NCBI GenBank assembly: GCA_028023455.1
Contig: JAQFVV010000005.1
Location: forward strand, 8,246,001-8,310,000
Reading direction: 5' to 3'
Origin: Epiperipatus broadwayi
Lineage: Eukaryota; Animalia; Onychophora
Length of the DNA: 64,000 bases
Part shown: positions 14,440 through 28,460 of the stretch, one piece after another
Numbering within the stretch: the first letter of the stretch is position 1
Layout: each line of letters starts with the position of its first letter
Position numbers and translations under genes: made by a program
Notes under the pieces: generated by a model
Databases searched by the model: none
Told to the model about the DNA's origin: nothing
What the model saw: the letters and a program-made list of their open reading frames with translations, nothing else

Positions 14440-15790
14440 TGTACTAATGAAGTTATACAACTATAAACTCCCCAGACTCATAAACCATTACCAATATTTA
14501 ATATGTCTACTAGATTGCAGAGAATCACTAGACTCTTTGAAAAAGGTACTGACTATTATATATAATGATACCCTGGATCTTATAACAATTAAAAGAGGAA
14601 ATTGCAGACTAAATAAAAATTAATCAATATAGTAATTATAATTTAACAAGGTAAAATAAATATGTCAATATACGCCAATATAGAAAAAGCTATAGAATTA
14701 AACAATAAATAGGTATGAAAATGATAAAACAAGGGAATGGAAATAATAATAAAAAATTTGAATAGAAATTATGGAAATAAGTTGTAAAAAATCATATTTG
14801 AATTTAATATAAATTATTATATACAACAAAAGGATTATTAATAGGATGCACATTAAATGGAGTGCTAAGTAGTGCATACATGAAGGAATTAGAAGCATTA
14901 ATGATGTCTAATAAATATGCTCCAATATTTATAAAAAGATATGTTGTTGACTATTTGTTTTAGAAAATAATTTTTTTAGAAGGTATTAATAAATTAGATG
15001 TAACTATAAAATTTACAACAGAAATAAAATAGGCTGCCATATTTGGAAATTATGATAATAAAATCATATACTACTAATAAATCTAAGATAGAAACCTTTA
15101 TATATAAAAAAGTAATATTGATAATAATATAACTAATTGCAATTCAAATATTGATAAAATATAAAATAAATAACTTAAGTTCAAGAATATAAAAAAACTA
15201 TAATTTATTGCTCAAATAAGGAAGATTATAATAAGCAATTACAGTTAACAATTCAAGAACTTAAAACTAATGATTATGCAATGATAATTATAAAAAATAA
15301 TATAAAATTGTTAGAAGAAAAATTTAATAGCAACAAAGAAAATAATAAAAAATATAAATGCAACAAAGAAATAAAAACTTATAACAATAATATAGTAAAA
15401 AATATAAATAAGATTAATAAAAAATTTAACAATATAATGAAATTTAAAACAATAAATAAAAAGAAAGGATACACTTAATATAGTAAACAATAAATATATT
15501 ACACACATAAAAAATGTATAAATGGAGTTTATAAAATTGAATGCAAAACATGTCAAACAAATACTATCACAAATAATTATGTAGGTGAAATAAAAAATTA
15601 AATTTATATATGATTAACCCAACACAAATAAGGTAAAAGATCACTTATTTATTTACATTCACTAAAGACATGATATAAAAAGCATAGCATAAAAATGAAT
15701 CTTTATACTAATAATAAAAGAGATAGGAAAATTAAAGAAGTTATTACAATTAAAAATATTAGATAAATTTTAAATAAAACTTTGGGCTTA
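14440..15790 (+). mobile_element. Heavily decayed Penelope-like element (RT plus GIY-YIG)
   Basis: Collinear motifs: YKLPRL (cf. YGLPKIHK), SIYANI (cf. SLYTNI), KGLLIGCTLNGVLSSAYMKELE (cf. GLAMGSPLSxVLAxIYMEELE), PIFIKRYVVD (cf. RYVDD), CSNKEDYNKQLQLTIQELKTNDY, GVYKIECKTC...NYVGE (GIY-YIG), RKIKEVITI. Confidence 0.78.
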
Positions 15791-17213
15791 AAAACATTTT
15801 TATAAAAATATACTTTATTAAATAATATAAATATATAGTTTAAAAAAAAAAAAGTTTTAGTAATGCTTATAAAAAGAGATATTGAAAATAATGTAAGATA
15901 TTTTAAAAATTCTTTCAATTAAAAGTTAAGAGTTGAAAGGAAATAAGATTTCATAAAAAAAAAAATTAAACAAGTAAAAAATGTATAATTAACTAATGCA
16001 TGATTAAAATTATAACAATAATTAAAGTGATAAAAATAAATTATTAAAAAAGTTAAAAGTCATATTAATGTATAATAAAGAAAACATATACATTTTAAAA
16101 ATATAAAACAGTTTATACAAAAAAATATCAAACAAAAATAAGAATAAAAATCAAAAAGATTAATATTTATAAAATTGTTAAAAAGTGTATAAAGATATGT
16201 AATTACTGGGTTCTTTAAAATATTTATATCAATAATATAAGATATTATATAATTATATCTATTTATGCATGTATAAATATGTACTAATTGTATAAGTTCT
16301 ATATCATTGAATATTGTAGGTCTAATGAAGACTGCTAATTAGTTGAACTGTAAGAAAATATCAAGGAATAAATTCTTATTTAATAGCATTGTAAAAAATG
16401 ATTAAAGAAGGGTTATAAATAATATTATGTATAAAAATCAATGCATAAAGGAATAAGAAGTGAAAGAAATTACACCTACATAGTAGAGATATTTTTAATA
16501 TAAAGATATATTATGTGTGCACACTTATATAAACTTTTATTAAAAATTATAACGTTAAAACATTAACGAAAAATAGATAAAATCTAATTAGCAGTTTTAT
16601 AATTAACAGCTATTGTATATTTTAAACTATAAAATATAAAAAAATTAAATGAAAAAAAGTAATAAAATGCTATCTTAATATATTTATCTTTATTATTAAT
16701 AAATAAAAAGATGTATCCTTTTTTTGTGTAACTGTGAAAATCTTTTGTATTAATAAATTGAAATTATAACTCTTCTCTTTTTGCACAAGTAAATTAGTAA
16801 AGATTAAAAGTATAAATGTTTTTTTTTTTTGAAAAAAAAAACCTCATTAAAAATGATCCCCTGTAAAATAATATGTCAACAGCACATTATAAACTTTTTC
16901 ATTAATTTAAGAAAGTATGACCACTATACAGTAAAGTATTCCCAATATTTTCAATATATTGTATAATCTTTTTCAAGAGAAAAACTATATCATTTCTCTC
17001 TATATGTATATGTCATCAACATTACAATATCGCTTACAAAACATTAAAATTATTATTGTTAGAATTCTATAAAACTATATTTAAATAACACAGAGGCAAA
17101 ACTCTCCATACAGTAGTGTCACTCAGCGCAAGCCAGAGTAATCAATGGAAGCAGGAAGGTTTGTGCATGAAAGAATGGTGATTATGTGGTGTTGTAGTGG
17201 TTTATATTTAAAT

Positions 17214-18015
17214 AAATTGAGAGAGTGCAAATTTTTCAAGCGCTTGTGACTATTAGTAACCAATCAGATCTTAAGCACTGGGACAGGGAATTTAATAAGA
17301 AAAGAGTGGATTCCACTCTCTTCTTTACTTGTCTTTCTATATATCCAAGCCAGTCCAAAGTACTTATATCTGAGAGCGTGAATCTTAAATATCATCACAC
17401 TTAATTGACTGAGTTCAAATTATAAACATACAGTGTTGTATGTTTATAATTTGAACTCAGTCAATTAAGTGTGATGATATTTAAAATTCATGCTCTCAGA
17501 TATAAGTACTTTGGACTGGCTTGGATACATAGAAAGACAAGTAAAGAAGAGAGTGGAATCCACTCTTTTCTTATTAAATTCCCTGTCCCAGTGCTTAAGA
17601 TCTGATTGGTTACTAATAGTCACAAGCGCTTGAGAAATTTGCACTCTCAATTTAATTTTCAATACCGTCTGCGCTTTATAAAAAATATTATTTACATATA
17701 TTGCTGCAAAGTTATAACATCGAAAAACTACTGCGTTGTAAATCGAAAGATTTCACGCTGTATGTTTATAATTTGAACTCAGTCAATTAAGTGTGATGAT
17801 ATTTAAGATTCATGCTCTCAGATATAAGTACTTTGGACTGGCTTGGATATATAGAAAGACAAGTAAAGAAGAGAGTGGAATCCACTCTTTTCTTATTAAA
17901 TTCCCTGTCCCAGTGCTTAAGATCTGATTGGTTACTAATAGTCACAAGCGCTTGAGAAATTTGCACTCTCTCAATTTAATTTTCAATACCGTCTGCACTT
18001 TATAAAAATATTATT
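17214..18015. repeat. Young triplication: ~220-bp inverted copy head-to-head with two 322-bp-period direct copies
   Basis: 17214-17432 is the reverse complement of 17437-17653 (4-bp spacer). 17437-17690 recurs at 17759-18015. Only about 6 variable sites among the three copies. Confidence 0.97.
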
Positions 18016-18974
18016 TATTTAAATAAACTTTAACATAAAAAACTTATATTTAAATACAAAACCTTAAGCCAAAATTTATTCAAATATACTTTTATAAAGA
18101 ATATCAAGTATAATATATTAAATTTTGTATTTACTAATGAAATTTTAATGTTGATATTTTTTTTTTTTTGAAAGTCTTCTCATTTCTTGTGACAATAAAA
18201 TATCAATAGCATGTATATTTATATTTTTTCAGCAAATAGAAGTTGGACAGCTTTTCTTTATTTACAGATATTTTAGTGCTATGTTTACGTACATATTCTA
18301 ATGGATCATCACTTCAGATATCCAGTTCTTTATGTTCAATTTTATTGTTAAAAAGTTTCATATAATATTAGCTTTTCTCTATTCTTACATAGCTTTATTT
18401 CAAATTTTATATTCTTTCATGGTTTCAAGATTTGAACCTGGTTTTAAATTGCATTGTGAGCATTTAAGTATCTCCGTACAATATTGTCTCAATGCTAAAC
18501 ACTATTCAAGATTTGCTTACTTGAAAATCTCTCAGTGACCATTTAATCACTTATTAAAATCTCACTAGTTCATAATTTCAATATTCAGATTAATAACCCA
18601 AAACAAAATGTTAATTTAAAATGACACAAAATTTTTATCTCCCTCCATGTTCTTTTCTGTTTTTCTAACATAATCATTATCAGTTTCATCACCCTATTCA
18701 TACAGCAGTTATCTTAATAAACTACTCATAAAGTGAAATTAAATGAATAAAACAAATTTTATTAATATGTTAGTACAATAGATTAGATATATGGATTATG
18801 AATTTTTTTCCATACAGTTCTCCTTTATCTATAAAATAGTTACACAATATCCATATAATTTAGTTTCATAATATGTCATATTTTGTTATCTTTGCTTTAG
18901 CATATATAAGCAATTTAATCTGCTGAAGAAGAAGCTGTCAGTAGTAAATAAAAACAATTAATTAAATAAATCTA

Positions 18975-19016
18975 GGCCTAGTACTTTCGAGGTTTTTTTT
19001 TCTCATATTCATGGCC
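18975..19016 (-). ncRNA. Decayed minimal type I hammerhead ribozyme in the 3' pseudo-LTR of a Penelope-like element
   Basis: Minus strand GGCC-augaauau-GAG(a9c)CUC-GAAA-GUAC-UA^GGCC: 4-bp stem I, stem II, intact GAAA and palindromic stem III. The CUGANGA core is mutated. It lies ~55 nt downstream of a GIY-YIG stop codon. Confidence 0.5.
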
Positions 19017-19069
19017 AAAATAGGTTATAAACTATTGCTGTAATGTTACTAAATAATAATGTATGCAAA

Positions 19070-19760
19070 TTAATTTGTCCATTTTTTTGAAATAGCAAAA
19101 CACGTGTCATGTCTATTGATGGCATTGTTATCATTGATAATGAAATATGCCTCCTTGATCTTTCTTTTACAATCATTGACTTTGGAGCACACTATCCTGA
19201 GGTTGCAGGATTCGGACACATGACCAGCCTGCTTCTCATGTTCGAAAAATATCGAGAAGCTATCATTATTCTCTTTTGCTCTTCTATATGTATACATGCA
19301 TTGAGCAGCTCTGTTATGGACAGTGGCCTTGGTTTCCCCATAGTATGTGGCACTGCATCCAGCCTGAGGGCATAAAATGTTGTATACGACCTGGGGTGCC
19401 CGAGATGGATCCATTCTGTCCTTCAAATTATTAATCAGTCTGTTAGTATTAGGGGGAGTATGGAAGCTGACTTTAAATTCGCCAGCTAAAGTCTTTATAA
19501 ACTGTTGTATAATAACTTGACTTTTTTATATTTAATCTTTTTCAATATTTGACAAGTCATTAACATTTATTGTCGTAAATTATTCCTAAGGTAGTCAAGT
19601 CTTGCATGGAATATGCATGTATAATACAAGCTCACATTAATATTATCATTCCCCATTGCTACTTATGTCATGCATTGAACTACTCTAACTATGATCTCTA
19701 TCTAAGAAACATGTATATATCACATTTTCATAGGTTTACTTCATTTCAATCAATAGCCCT
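19070..19760 (-). mobile_element. Penelope-like element 3' part; open GIY-YIG endonuclease frame at 19070-19426
   Basis: VVYNILCPQAGCSATYYGETK...EHEKQAGH...KRKIKEAYFI...NAINR is a typical PLE endonuclease with Cys/His motifs. The upstream boundary is approximate. Confidence 0.9.
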
Positions 19761-22700
19761 ATATTAAATCCATTATACAAGTAAAAAAAAAAATCAATGT
19801 ACCAATGAGTAGAAACAGAAATGTCAATTCTTGTATTCACTCTATAACTCATTGAATAGACTATTCTACTTTTATTCCTCCAATTAATATTCAAATGAAT
19901 GATTTTTCCCCACATATGATTGACATTAAAATCACAAAATCTCCCAACACTGTTTTACATTTTTATTTTCTCAAAACATAAATTTATTATAATATGATAA
20001 ATAAATCAGTATAATATTAGCATTATTTCTCTTAATTGTCTTTTCATAAATACCTTGAGATAGTATAGTTTTGTCATATAAATATTTTTTTTTGATCAAA
20101 TGAAAATATTACTTTTGTTATTTCCTATTACAACTATTACTTTATAATTTATAAACTCTGCAATACTGTTTTCTGATCATGGACATCTAGCTCAAACTGA
20201 ATACCCACTCAAATATTCTGTAACATTTTTTATTCATGTATATATTGTAAGGATCTCATCTCTATCCTTACCATTAAATGCATTTAACATAAATATACAT
20301 GTGGATGTGTTGATCTATAAAAGCTAATACATCTATTGAACAATTTAAGTTGATGATATATAATGGTATGAATAAAATTATATTGTAGTTTAATGAACTG
20401 GAAATGCTTGAAACAAAATCATAAATTTGTTACTAAATTTCATTTATTATTTTAAAATAACCTTTGACAAAACGATATTGTTCAGACAATTGAGAAAATT
20501 TTGTAAAGAATAAAAAAAAGCCGATTTTATAATTTAGTGTTGTAATGCAAAGGGGAGATAAAACCTGATAGAACGTATGCAATAACCATAACAACAACAA
20601 CTATTTTTTTCTTCTAATGGTTGGAAAAATTAAAAACATGTATAGAAAAAGTTATACACAAGATTTTTTTTTCTTTATTTATTAATGACAGCAAGTCAAA
20701 TAATTTGAAAAGTATATTTTGGTAAAAACGTTTCTCAACATTTTAAAGAAAGAATAAATGGACAAGCAAAGATGCATAAAACTGTAAGTTGTTTAATTTG
20801 ATATATACATGTAGAAAAAGAAAAAAGTAAAACTGAAATGGAGGAATATTACTATGCTTGAATTGGAATTGAACTTTTACATGAACTATGGAAATTAAAG
20901 AAATAAATAAATTATAATCAGTTGATTGAAGCATAATATGCACCAAGATTTTTTTATTTTATTTATAAGTCTATTGAACTATTCGTTGTGAGACATGTGA
21001 AAAGAAATTTATTCATGTAATCAAGCTTTTGATAATTCTAAGACTGTTGAAAGGTTAGACTTAATAATGTTTATTATCATTAAAATTGACTTTAATCGTG
21101 TTTTGTTTATTATATAGCTATAACGTGCTCACTGCTGATATAAAAGAAAATTTATATATATACTAGTGTAAGAATAATGCAGGTGTGCTTAAAGTCATTG
21201 TGAAAGGTCAAGGCAACTCAGATGGTTTTTGAAGAGGGCGATGAACACGATCTATAGGTGTGAATACCTACCATCACATATATATATATGTATACAATGG
21301 CTACCAAATATTATGTGAAGTTTTATATATCAATGGTGAAAGTTGCTAAATCAAGGATTATCCAAACTATTTGGTAAGCTTATGGGAGATGGATAAATCG
21401 TTGAAGGCACTAATTTGAAAAATGGAGCAAGTATAAGAGATGCTGAAAATTCCCAATTTATAATGAATTTTTCCATTTAAAAGAAGATACTCATATTGAG
21501 CAAGATGCTTACAAAATCATTCATAAATGTATGTTGATATGTAACTGTTTGTTTGTTGTGGTTGACATGTTAGTGTTATAAATATATGTAAGGTTTTCTC
21601 TCCTTCATTTTTTTTTATACTTCCATATTGGATTTTTGTGCTGGAAGTACCGAAAGAATTTAAATGTACGCATTTCATGATGTAAAATGTATTTTTGAAA
21701 TAAAAAATATAAATGGTTCTGTTAGAAGAGAAAGAAGGACTGGGCTATGATGAAATGAGTATATAGGAAGGTAAGACTTATTCTTTGACACATTAAAGAC
21801 ATAACATTTAGTAACAAAGTTAATTATTAATCAAACCCATATTAACCACTTATTAACAAGTTACATACTAACCATTACTTATAAGTACATATAATTAACT
21901 TAATCAATTGATGGCAATTCCAGTTCTCATAACTCATTATTGTCATAAATGAACCCATTAATTCAACTATAATATACAAAATAATAATTTGTATATTAAT
22001 ATGATATCATATTTATTTTTATTTTTTAAAAAAAAAGATAAAAACAGTGTCATTTATTTAGATTGTATTAATGATCATAAATTATTTCTTTTTATATGAT
22101 GGCATGAATGGTAGATGCCGATGTATACCAAGAATGACACATAGTTGATGATATTATTATTTTATGTATTTATTATTATTATTTTTTTATTTGGATGAGA
22201 TTATGTGGAAGTGGTAGAAATCATATTTATAGTGTTTTAAAGTGTATATTTATATATTTAAATGTGTTATATTAAGTTAAAATAAATTCATTAATTTAAA
22301 TTGATCTTACATTAAGGGTTGTATGTAATTTGTTGACAATACATCACTGAATTTACGTATCTCTTGATATGGAAACATACATGTAATAGGTACTTAATAA
22401 GTGTACTATATGAACCATAATGTTAAGTCATTGCCCACATTGGCTAGATATATACTTATAAATTATACCTGAACAGAGTAACTATTCAGATTATGACTGG
22501 GTTTGAATTCTGGGAACTAACGGAGTGACATGAAAATTGGGTGGATCCTGTATGTATTACCAAATGAGTGAGGGTTGAATGGTAGTAAAGATCTATTTTG
22601 GCTGAAGTGTTGCTGGATCTTTCCAATTTTCCACAGACGGCCGGATTTTTGTTTCAGTGTATACTGTGGATTGAATTTCGGTGAATGGTTGAGGGTGGGT

Positions 22701-24432
22701 CATCAGTTCGTTACAATATATAATTCATGAAATAACTTGAATTTACACTCCAGTTTCAATCACTAGTGCAAAGGATTATAACTCATATATTTCAAGCAAT
22801 GGCTTATTTAAATTTATAAAAAAAATAGCTATAAATATATAACTATAAATTTAATCATAAGATATACACATACATATTTATGTCCACAAGAATATAAATT
22901 ATCTAATCTGATATTTTTTAAAAAAACTTTATCTTGTGTTTGGAAAGAAGAGTATTCATTATCAATAGTGTTCCATCTGTAAAGTGCATGTGCCATGGTG
23001 TAAGCTACGTTATTATTCTAATCTGATATATTTAAATTATTTTGACTTGCAATAAGTTTTTATTCTCAAGAAATAATTCTATTAAAATTAATGGCATTTT
23101 TCTTAATGGATCTTAATGTAATTTTCTTTTTAATTTATCCAATTATTCTAGAATATAATCACCTAACTTTCTCATATTTATAGTTTTAATTATAATACAA
23201 TATAAGAGTCTGTATGAAACAGATCCAAAATCTATTATTCCAATTTTATATGCATATTATTGTTAATCTATTAAATTCATATTTTTGGATATTTATAATA
23301 GACACATCCCAAGAAAAATATTTTCATAAAGACCATTGTTGTGGAAAAGCTATTTATTTGAGAAAGCAATTAAATGATAAGTTTTTAATATAGTTTTAAA
23401 ACGTCAATATAAACAATTTACATTCCTATTCTTTTTGCTTGTGCACTTTTTTTTGCTAGCATTTAAGTTTTGCCAATACTTTAGTTTCTCTATTTTTTTA
23501 AATTTTAATAATACTGGTGCTTCAATTTACCATATATTTTCAAACAACATATTTATTTAAAATTGTGGCACTTGTAATTTTTACACATCACAACACCAAA
23601 TTATTTCTGCTTTTGTATATTTTAGATATTTTCGATGCTAAGCATTTATTTTGTAAAAATAAAGCTTTCTTTCCTGCATTTAATAGATTGCTGGAATCTT
23701 AATTCGATTAGAACTTTCTATGGGATTAGAAGACCTATAAAATAGTTCATGCAAATTAAATTGCCACTTAAATCTAACTTTTGCATTGATTGGCATATGA
23801 AAATCCAGGGAGAAATTGGCCATATTTATATCCTAAATTTGACTTTTTGACCAATTTACTTCATGGTTAAAAGCTTTTAACAAAACAATTATTAATTTTC
23901 TAAAAACTGTTTTTCATAAAATTCTCATAACTTTTTTTTTTTAGCTACTGATTTTTTTTTAATTAACCAAAATCTAAATAGAAAGAAAGTGTAATGTAAT
24001 TCACCCCCCCCCATCTTTTCCTTAAATTAGAAAGGAAAATAATATAATTAACCTATAATATTTACTTAAAAACCAATTTGTTTAGTTTTTTTTTTTTGTA
24101 AATATTGATCAAATGGATAAACATATTTTTACATTCTTATAAATGATCAATATTTTAATGTAAAATATTTTAAGCTTTCACATATACACATGTAAACTCT
24201 ATTTCCAAATTATTATAGTCTATTATTTCAATTTTCTCAACAATATTTATGTAACTATTGTCATATGATTTTGAATTGAGACTGATTATCTTTAAACCTA
24301 CTGCAATAAAGAATTGTACATTTTTACATGAAATCGTCATCCCATATCTTTTATTACCTGTTTTTGGTTCATCTTTTTACAATTTTCTTTTTTAAAATAT
24401 AACCATTAACTATCGACTCCTCTATATATTTC

Positions 24433-24470
<38 letters not shown>
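24433..24470 (+). repeat. Compound (AT)n(GT)n microsatellite
   Basis: Direct reading. Confidence 0.95.
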
Positions 24471-24471
<1 letters not shown>

Positions 24472-24539
24472 CATAGCATAAGTAAGTATGTGTAGACAGA
24501 TAAGCAAATACATCTTATTTTATTAAGGATAGAAGTGAT

Positions 24540-25450
24540 CTGAAAACCAATTTCAGTTCTCCAATAAAATGATAATTCAACTTTGCATTCTCAATTTGTA
24601 AAGATCATATTAAAGAATTATAAAAAAATCCCATACATTTTTTCTTCTGATTATCAACAATTATCTATGTGAGGATTGGAGTAAGAGTTGCAGAATCAAG
24701 TAATTTTATTTGTAATAAAGGTATACCAAATGGATCCCTAGAGAACAAGTTACCTTTAGAAAAGACTACATATGGTGAAATACTACCTTTATATAATAGT
24801 CTAATTTCTTTTCTATTAACATACTGGATATTCATCTTTTTATTATAAACACATTCAGGAATATAAATAAGTTATTTAATTAAATACACAATAAAAATGG
24901 CACATGATTTTAAATAAAACTGGTACAGATCCTAAATTTAGTTTTAAATAACATAAAATAATGTATTAAAACATGTCCCAGAATTGGTGTGTCAAAAAAA
25001 TATTATACTGGCATATTCTTTTCTAATAAAAACAAAATTTATAAAAGCTCCCACATATTAAAAATACCCACAAATAACTTTATGATCAAATATAAATGTA
25101 CCTTTCCAACAAACTAAATCAATCTGTAATACAATACTGCACTAGACAATAACAGTGAAATGAGTAATGATAAGAAAAATATTTTATCACTTTAAATCGA
25201 AATGCATTTATAAAAAAATCTTACCACGGATTTAATAAATACTAACCTTATAGACCAGGTATTTTCTAAAATTATTCATCTATAATATTTCATTATCACA
25301 TTTTTAAATTTCTTTACTTCCAAGTCTGGCTCTCTTTGATTTCCTTAAATTTTATATTTCTTCGCTTTAACAAACAAGTACAGCTTTTGAGCAACATGAA
25401 CACACTCCTGTCAGAACTTCAAAACAGGCTAGGCTTCACATCATCATCTT
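24540..25450 (-). pseudogene. Possible decayed LINE RT fragment
   Basis: Minus-strand EIRLLYKGSIS...SRDPFGI...TLTPILT*IIVD loosely fits IKxLYK...SxPF...LSPILFNIxVD. Very degraded. Confidence 0.28.
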
Positions 25451-27257
25451 AAGTATTTATTAAATCTCTGACATGGCATAGCATATTTTTCACTATCAAG
25501 AGATTATATTTTAAGAAGGTTGGTACATTGTTAAATGCACTTATTATTGAAAAAAATTTCCACTGGCTGGAATAAAATTAGTACTAAAAATATTTTTTAT
25601 CCATATATATTTTTATACTGTAGTTATTATTAAGCTGCAGCAATTTGCATAGCTGTACCCAATTCTCTTCTTCTTTAGTTGAGATTTTGCATGGCATTAC
25701 ATTTTTATGTCCTCTCTGATATGACAAAATGAATATATAAGTGAATCTGTGAAAAAATGAAGATAGATTATATCTCTCAAAGTGTGAGAATTTGAATGTG
25801 TGAATGAAAGAATTATTTTAATTTCTTTATGTAGTCTCTCTAATGTCTGAAGAAAACATATTTTTACCATCTTAACACTCCCCCATTCTTAATAATTAAA
25901 CATTTTCTTTACAAGTTGTTTTTGTTTTCTTAGAATAAATAGTTTAATTATAAAACATTAATTAAGTATAAATTTAAGCAAATATAAAATTAAACTCATT
26001 AAGTATTTTCCATAATTTTTAATATATATATATCAATTTTTTTTATTTATATCTAGCCATAATTTTTTTGATTCCATAACTTTAACAAATATGGATTTAC
26101 TTTTACTACTATTATATAAATCTATATATATTTACATATTAATAATTACATAAAACTAAAATAATAAACACACACAACATCCTCTTGAATCTTAAATACA
26201 ATTATTAAATATTATAACTTTGCATATAACAATTATGTAATTTATTAATTTTAAAAAATATTTGCTTTTACTATGATTTAATTAATTTTTAAATCAATAT
26301 ATTTTACTCAATATTTATTAAATGGTATATATAACAAAGGATAATTTTTATTAGAAAGATAATTTTTAATCTAATTTTGAAATTTTTAAATATTTATTTA
26401 TTTGGGTTTTTTGTTGACTTTAAACTCTAGTGATTTCTTTGTGATTTTATATAGGTCCATTAGTGTATGAGTCCTGTAATCTTAATTTATATCTATATAG
26501 TGTAAGAATGAATATGATTATATTAATATTAAAAACATACACTTTGTTTTGAAATGTAGACCTGTAAATGAAAATATTTGTTTTTTGTCATCATGTTAGC
26601 TAAAAATTAAATAAAAAAAATCAATTCACTCTTCCAAACATTTATTCGCAGAGGGCGTTGCTGAAATATCTTAACATTTGGGAGGGTGAAATATAACCAG
26701 AATAAATATTTAAATTATGAAAACAAAAGTTAAACTTTCCCATAATCTTTGGTTAATAAAATCAAATCTTATTTACTTGTATCTTTTAGCATGTTTACTT
26801 AAGCATAAATGCCATAATAACGTGTGAAAATATCAATCAGCAATAAAGCAAATTTTGTTGCCAAACTAATATGTTTATATTGTTCATTTCTGCTATCTAT
26901 TCTTTCATATTATAAACCATTAACTTACGGTTCTGTATTGTTATTTTTTTGCACTGTTATAAAAATTATCTACTATGGAATTTTAGTATTAAAATACATA
27001 TACAATTAAGAATTATTTTATTATAAAAATTATTAAGCATGATATTTAATAATTTTACTCATAAAATTTCTTAGCATCTAAAATCTATTTTTTTGAATTT
27101 CTATTGCAAACCACTGTAACTACTTTTATTGTGACTTCATATTTTTTATAGAATTTATGTGTACTAAAAATACTTAAATATATCATTTTTATTTTGTTTT
27201 TTAATAATTATCAGACATTTTATTTTTGGAATTAAATGTATGTACTTCAGTATTTAC

Positions 27258-27461
27258 TTTAATATTAAATTTATACATATGACTAATTACTGAAGCTGCG
27301 ACATTTGTCTTCCTCTCCACATCATATCTTTGTAGTCATCCATTAGTGATATTCACCATAATATTCCATTTTAATATTAAATTTACATGCATCACTAATT
27401 ATTGAAACTGCCACTTTTGTCTTGTCCTCCGCATCATATCTTTGTAGCCATCTATTAGTGA
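27258..27461. repeat. Diverged tandem duplication, 112-bp period, about 2 copies
   Basis: tttaatattaaattta...catcatatctttgtag.catc.attagtga occurs at 27258 and again at 27370. Confidence 0.9.
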
Positions 27462-28212
27462 ACATAGAAATTAAATATTTATTTATTAACGACTGATAGT
27501 ATGAAAGACCTAAGACAACTGAGCCCTATAATAATGTAAATTGCAAAAGGATACTGTTTGTATTAGAAATAATACCTGGCTTTTAACAAATAATTACTCT
27601 TTCTAAAAGGCAGCTGTCTTTTGGTCAAACACTATTATTCTTAATCATCATCCATTCCATCACCTGTGGAATCAGTCAGTCATTAGTTAAAATATCTATA
27701 GCTACTTATACCATTAAAGAGAGATTGGTGAGAATTGTCTAAAAATGAAAAAATAATTGCTTCATTGCCATTGTATATGTTTCCCAGAATGCTTATAAGT
27801 CCTAGTTAAGATCATCAGCTACATAAATAGTTAGTGGATGTATTGAATTATAAAGTAATGAATGCATAAATAAACAATATTTTTGCCATTAATGCGTTAA
27901 ATAAATGATAATATAAATTATGTTTGTTTGTTTTTTGTATTTTCCCATCAATGATTTTTGACACACATACTTCTAGCTGTATAGAGAAACAATTTATCTA
28001 CCACAAGTCAGTATTTGAGACAATTTATAATTTCATTAATATATTTTTAGACATTTTATTTATATTTAATACTTAGATTTAGAATGCACGATTTAGATTT
28101 TTTATGGTAGCTTTTAAATATTCAAGATAAAAAAAAAAATTAGCTTGATTTTGTAAACATTTTTTTTCCCTCCTAAAAGATTTTATTAAAACAACGGAAG
28201 TGATTTTAATAA

Positions 28213-28460
28213 TCAGAGTTTAGTTTCAGTTAAATCATCAAACATTTTCCTAAAGAAAAGTTTATAAAAACAATACCTAAGCAGGGCTATTACAAGTAAT
28301 TTGGAAAGTGTTAAGTGTGCAATTGATAATGGATGTAGTTGTGTCATATATAAATCACCGTAATTCAATACACTATATGTTATAATGAATGTGTACTTGT
28401 GAAATACCAAAATGTTTTCTGAATTTTTTGTGCTTGTATTTTTTTGCTGCTTTTGTGTGA
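28213..28460 (-). pseudogene. Possible CR1/L2-type LINE remnant (post-RT region)
   Basis: ILVFHKYTFIITYSVLNYG resembles the LLxxYxAxFxSxLNYG motif; weak. Confidence 0.28.

Noticed and set aside
16318-16360. Possible hammerhead downstream of the 14.4-15.8 kb Penelope remnant (ctaatga..gact/agtt..gaac)
   Set aside because: Both core segments are mutated and no stem I can be formed.
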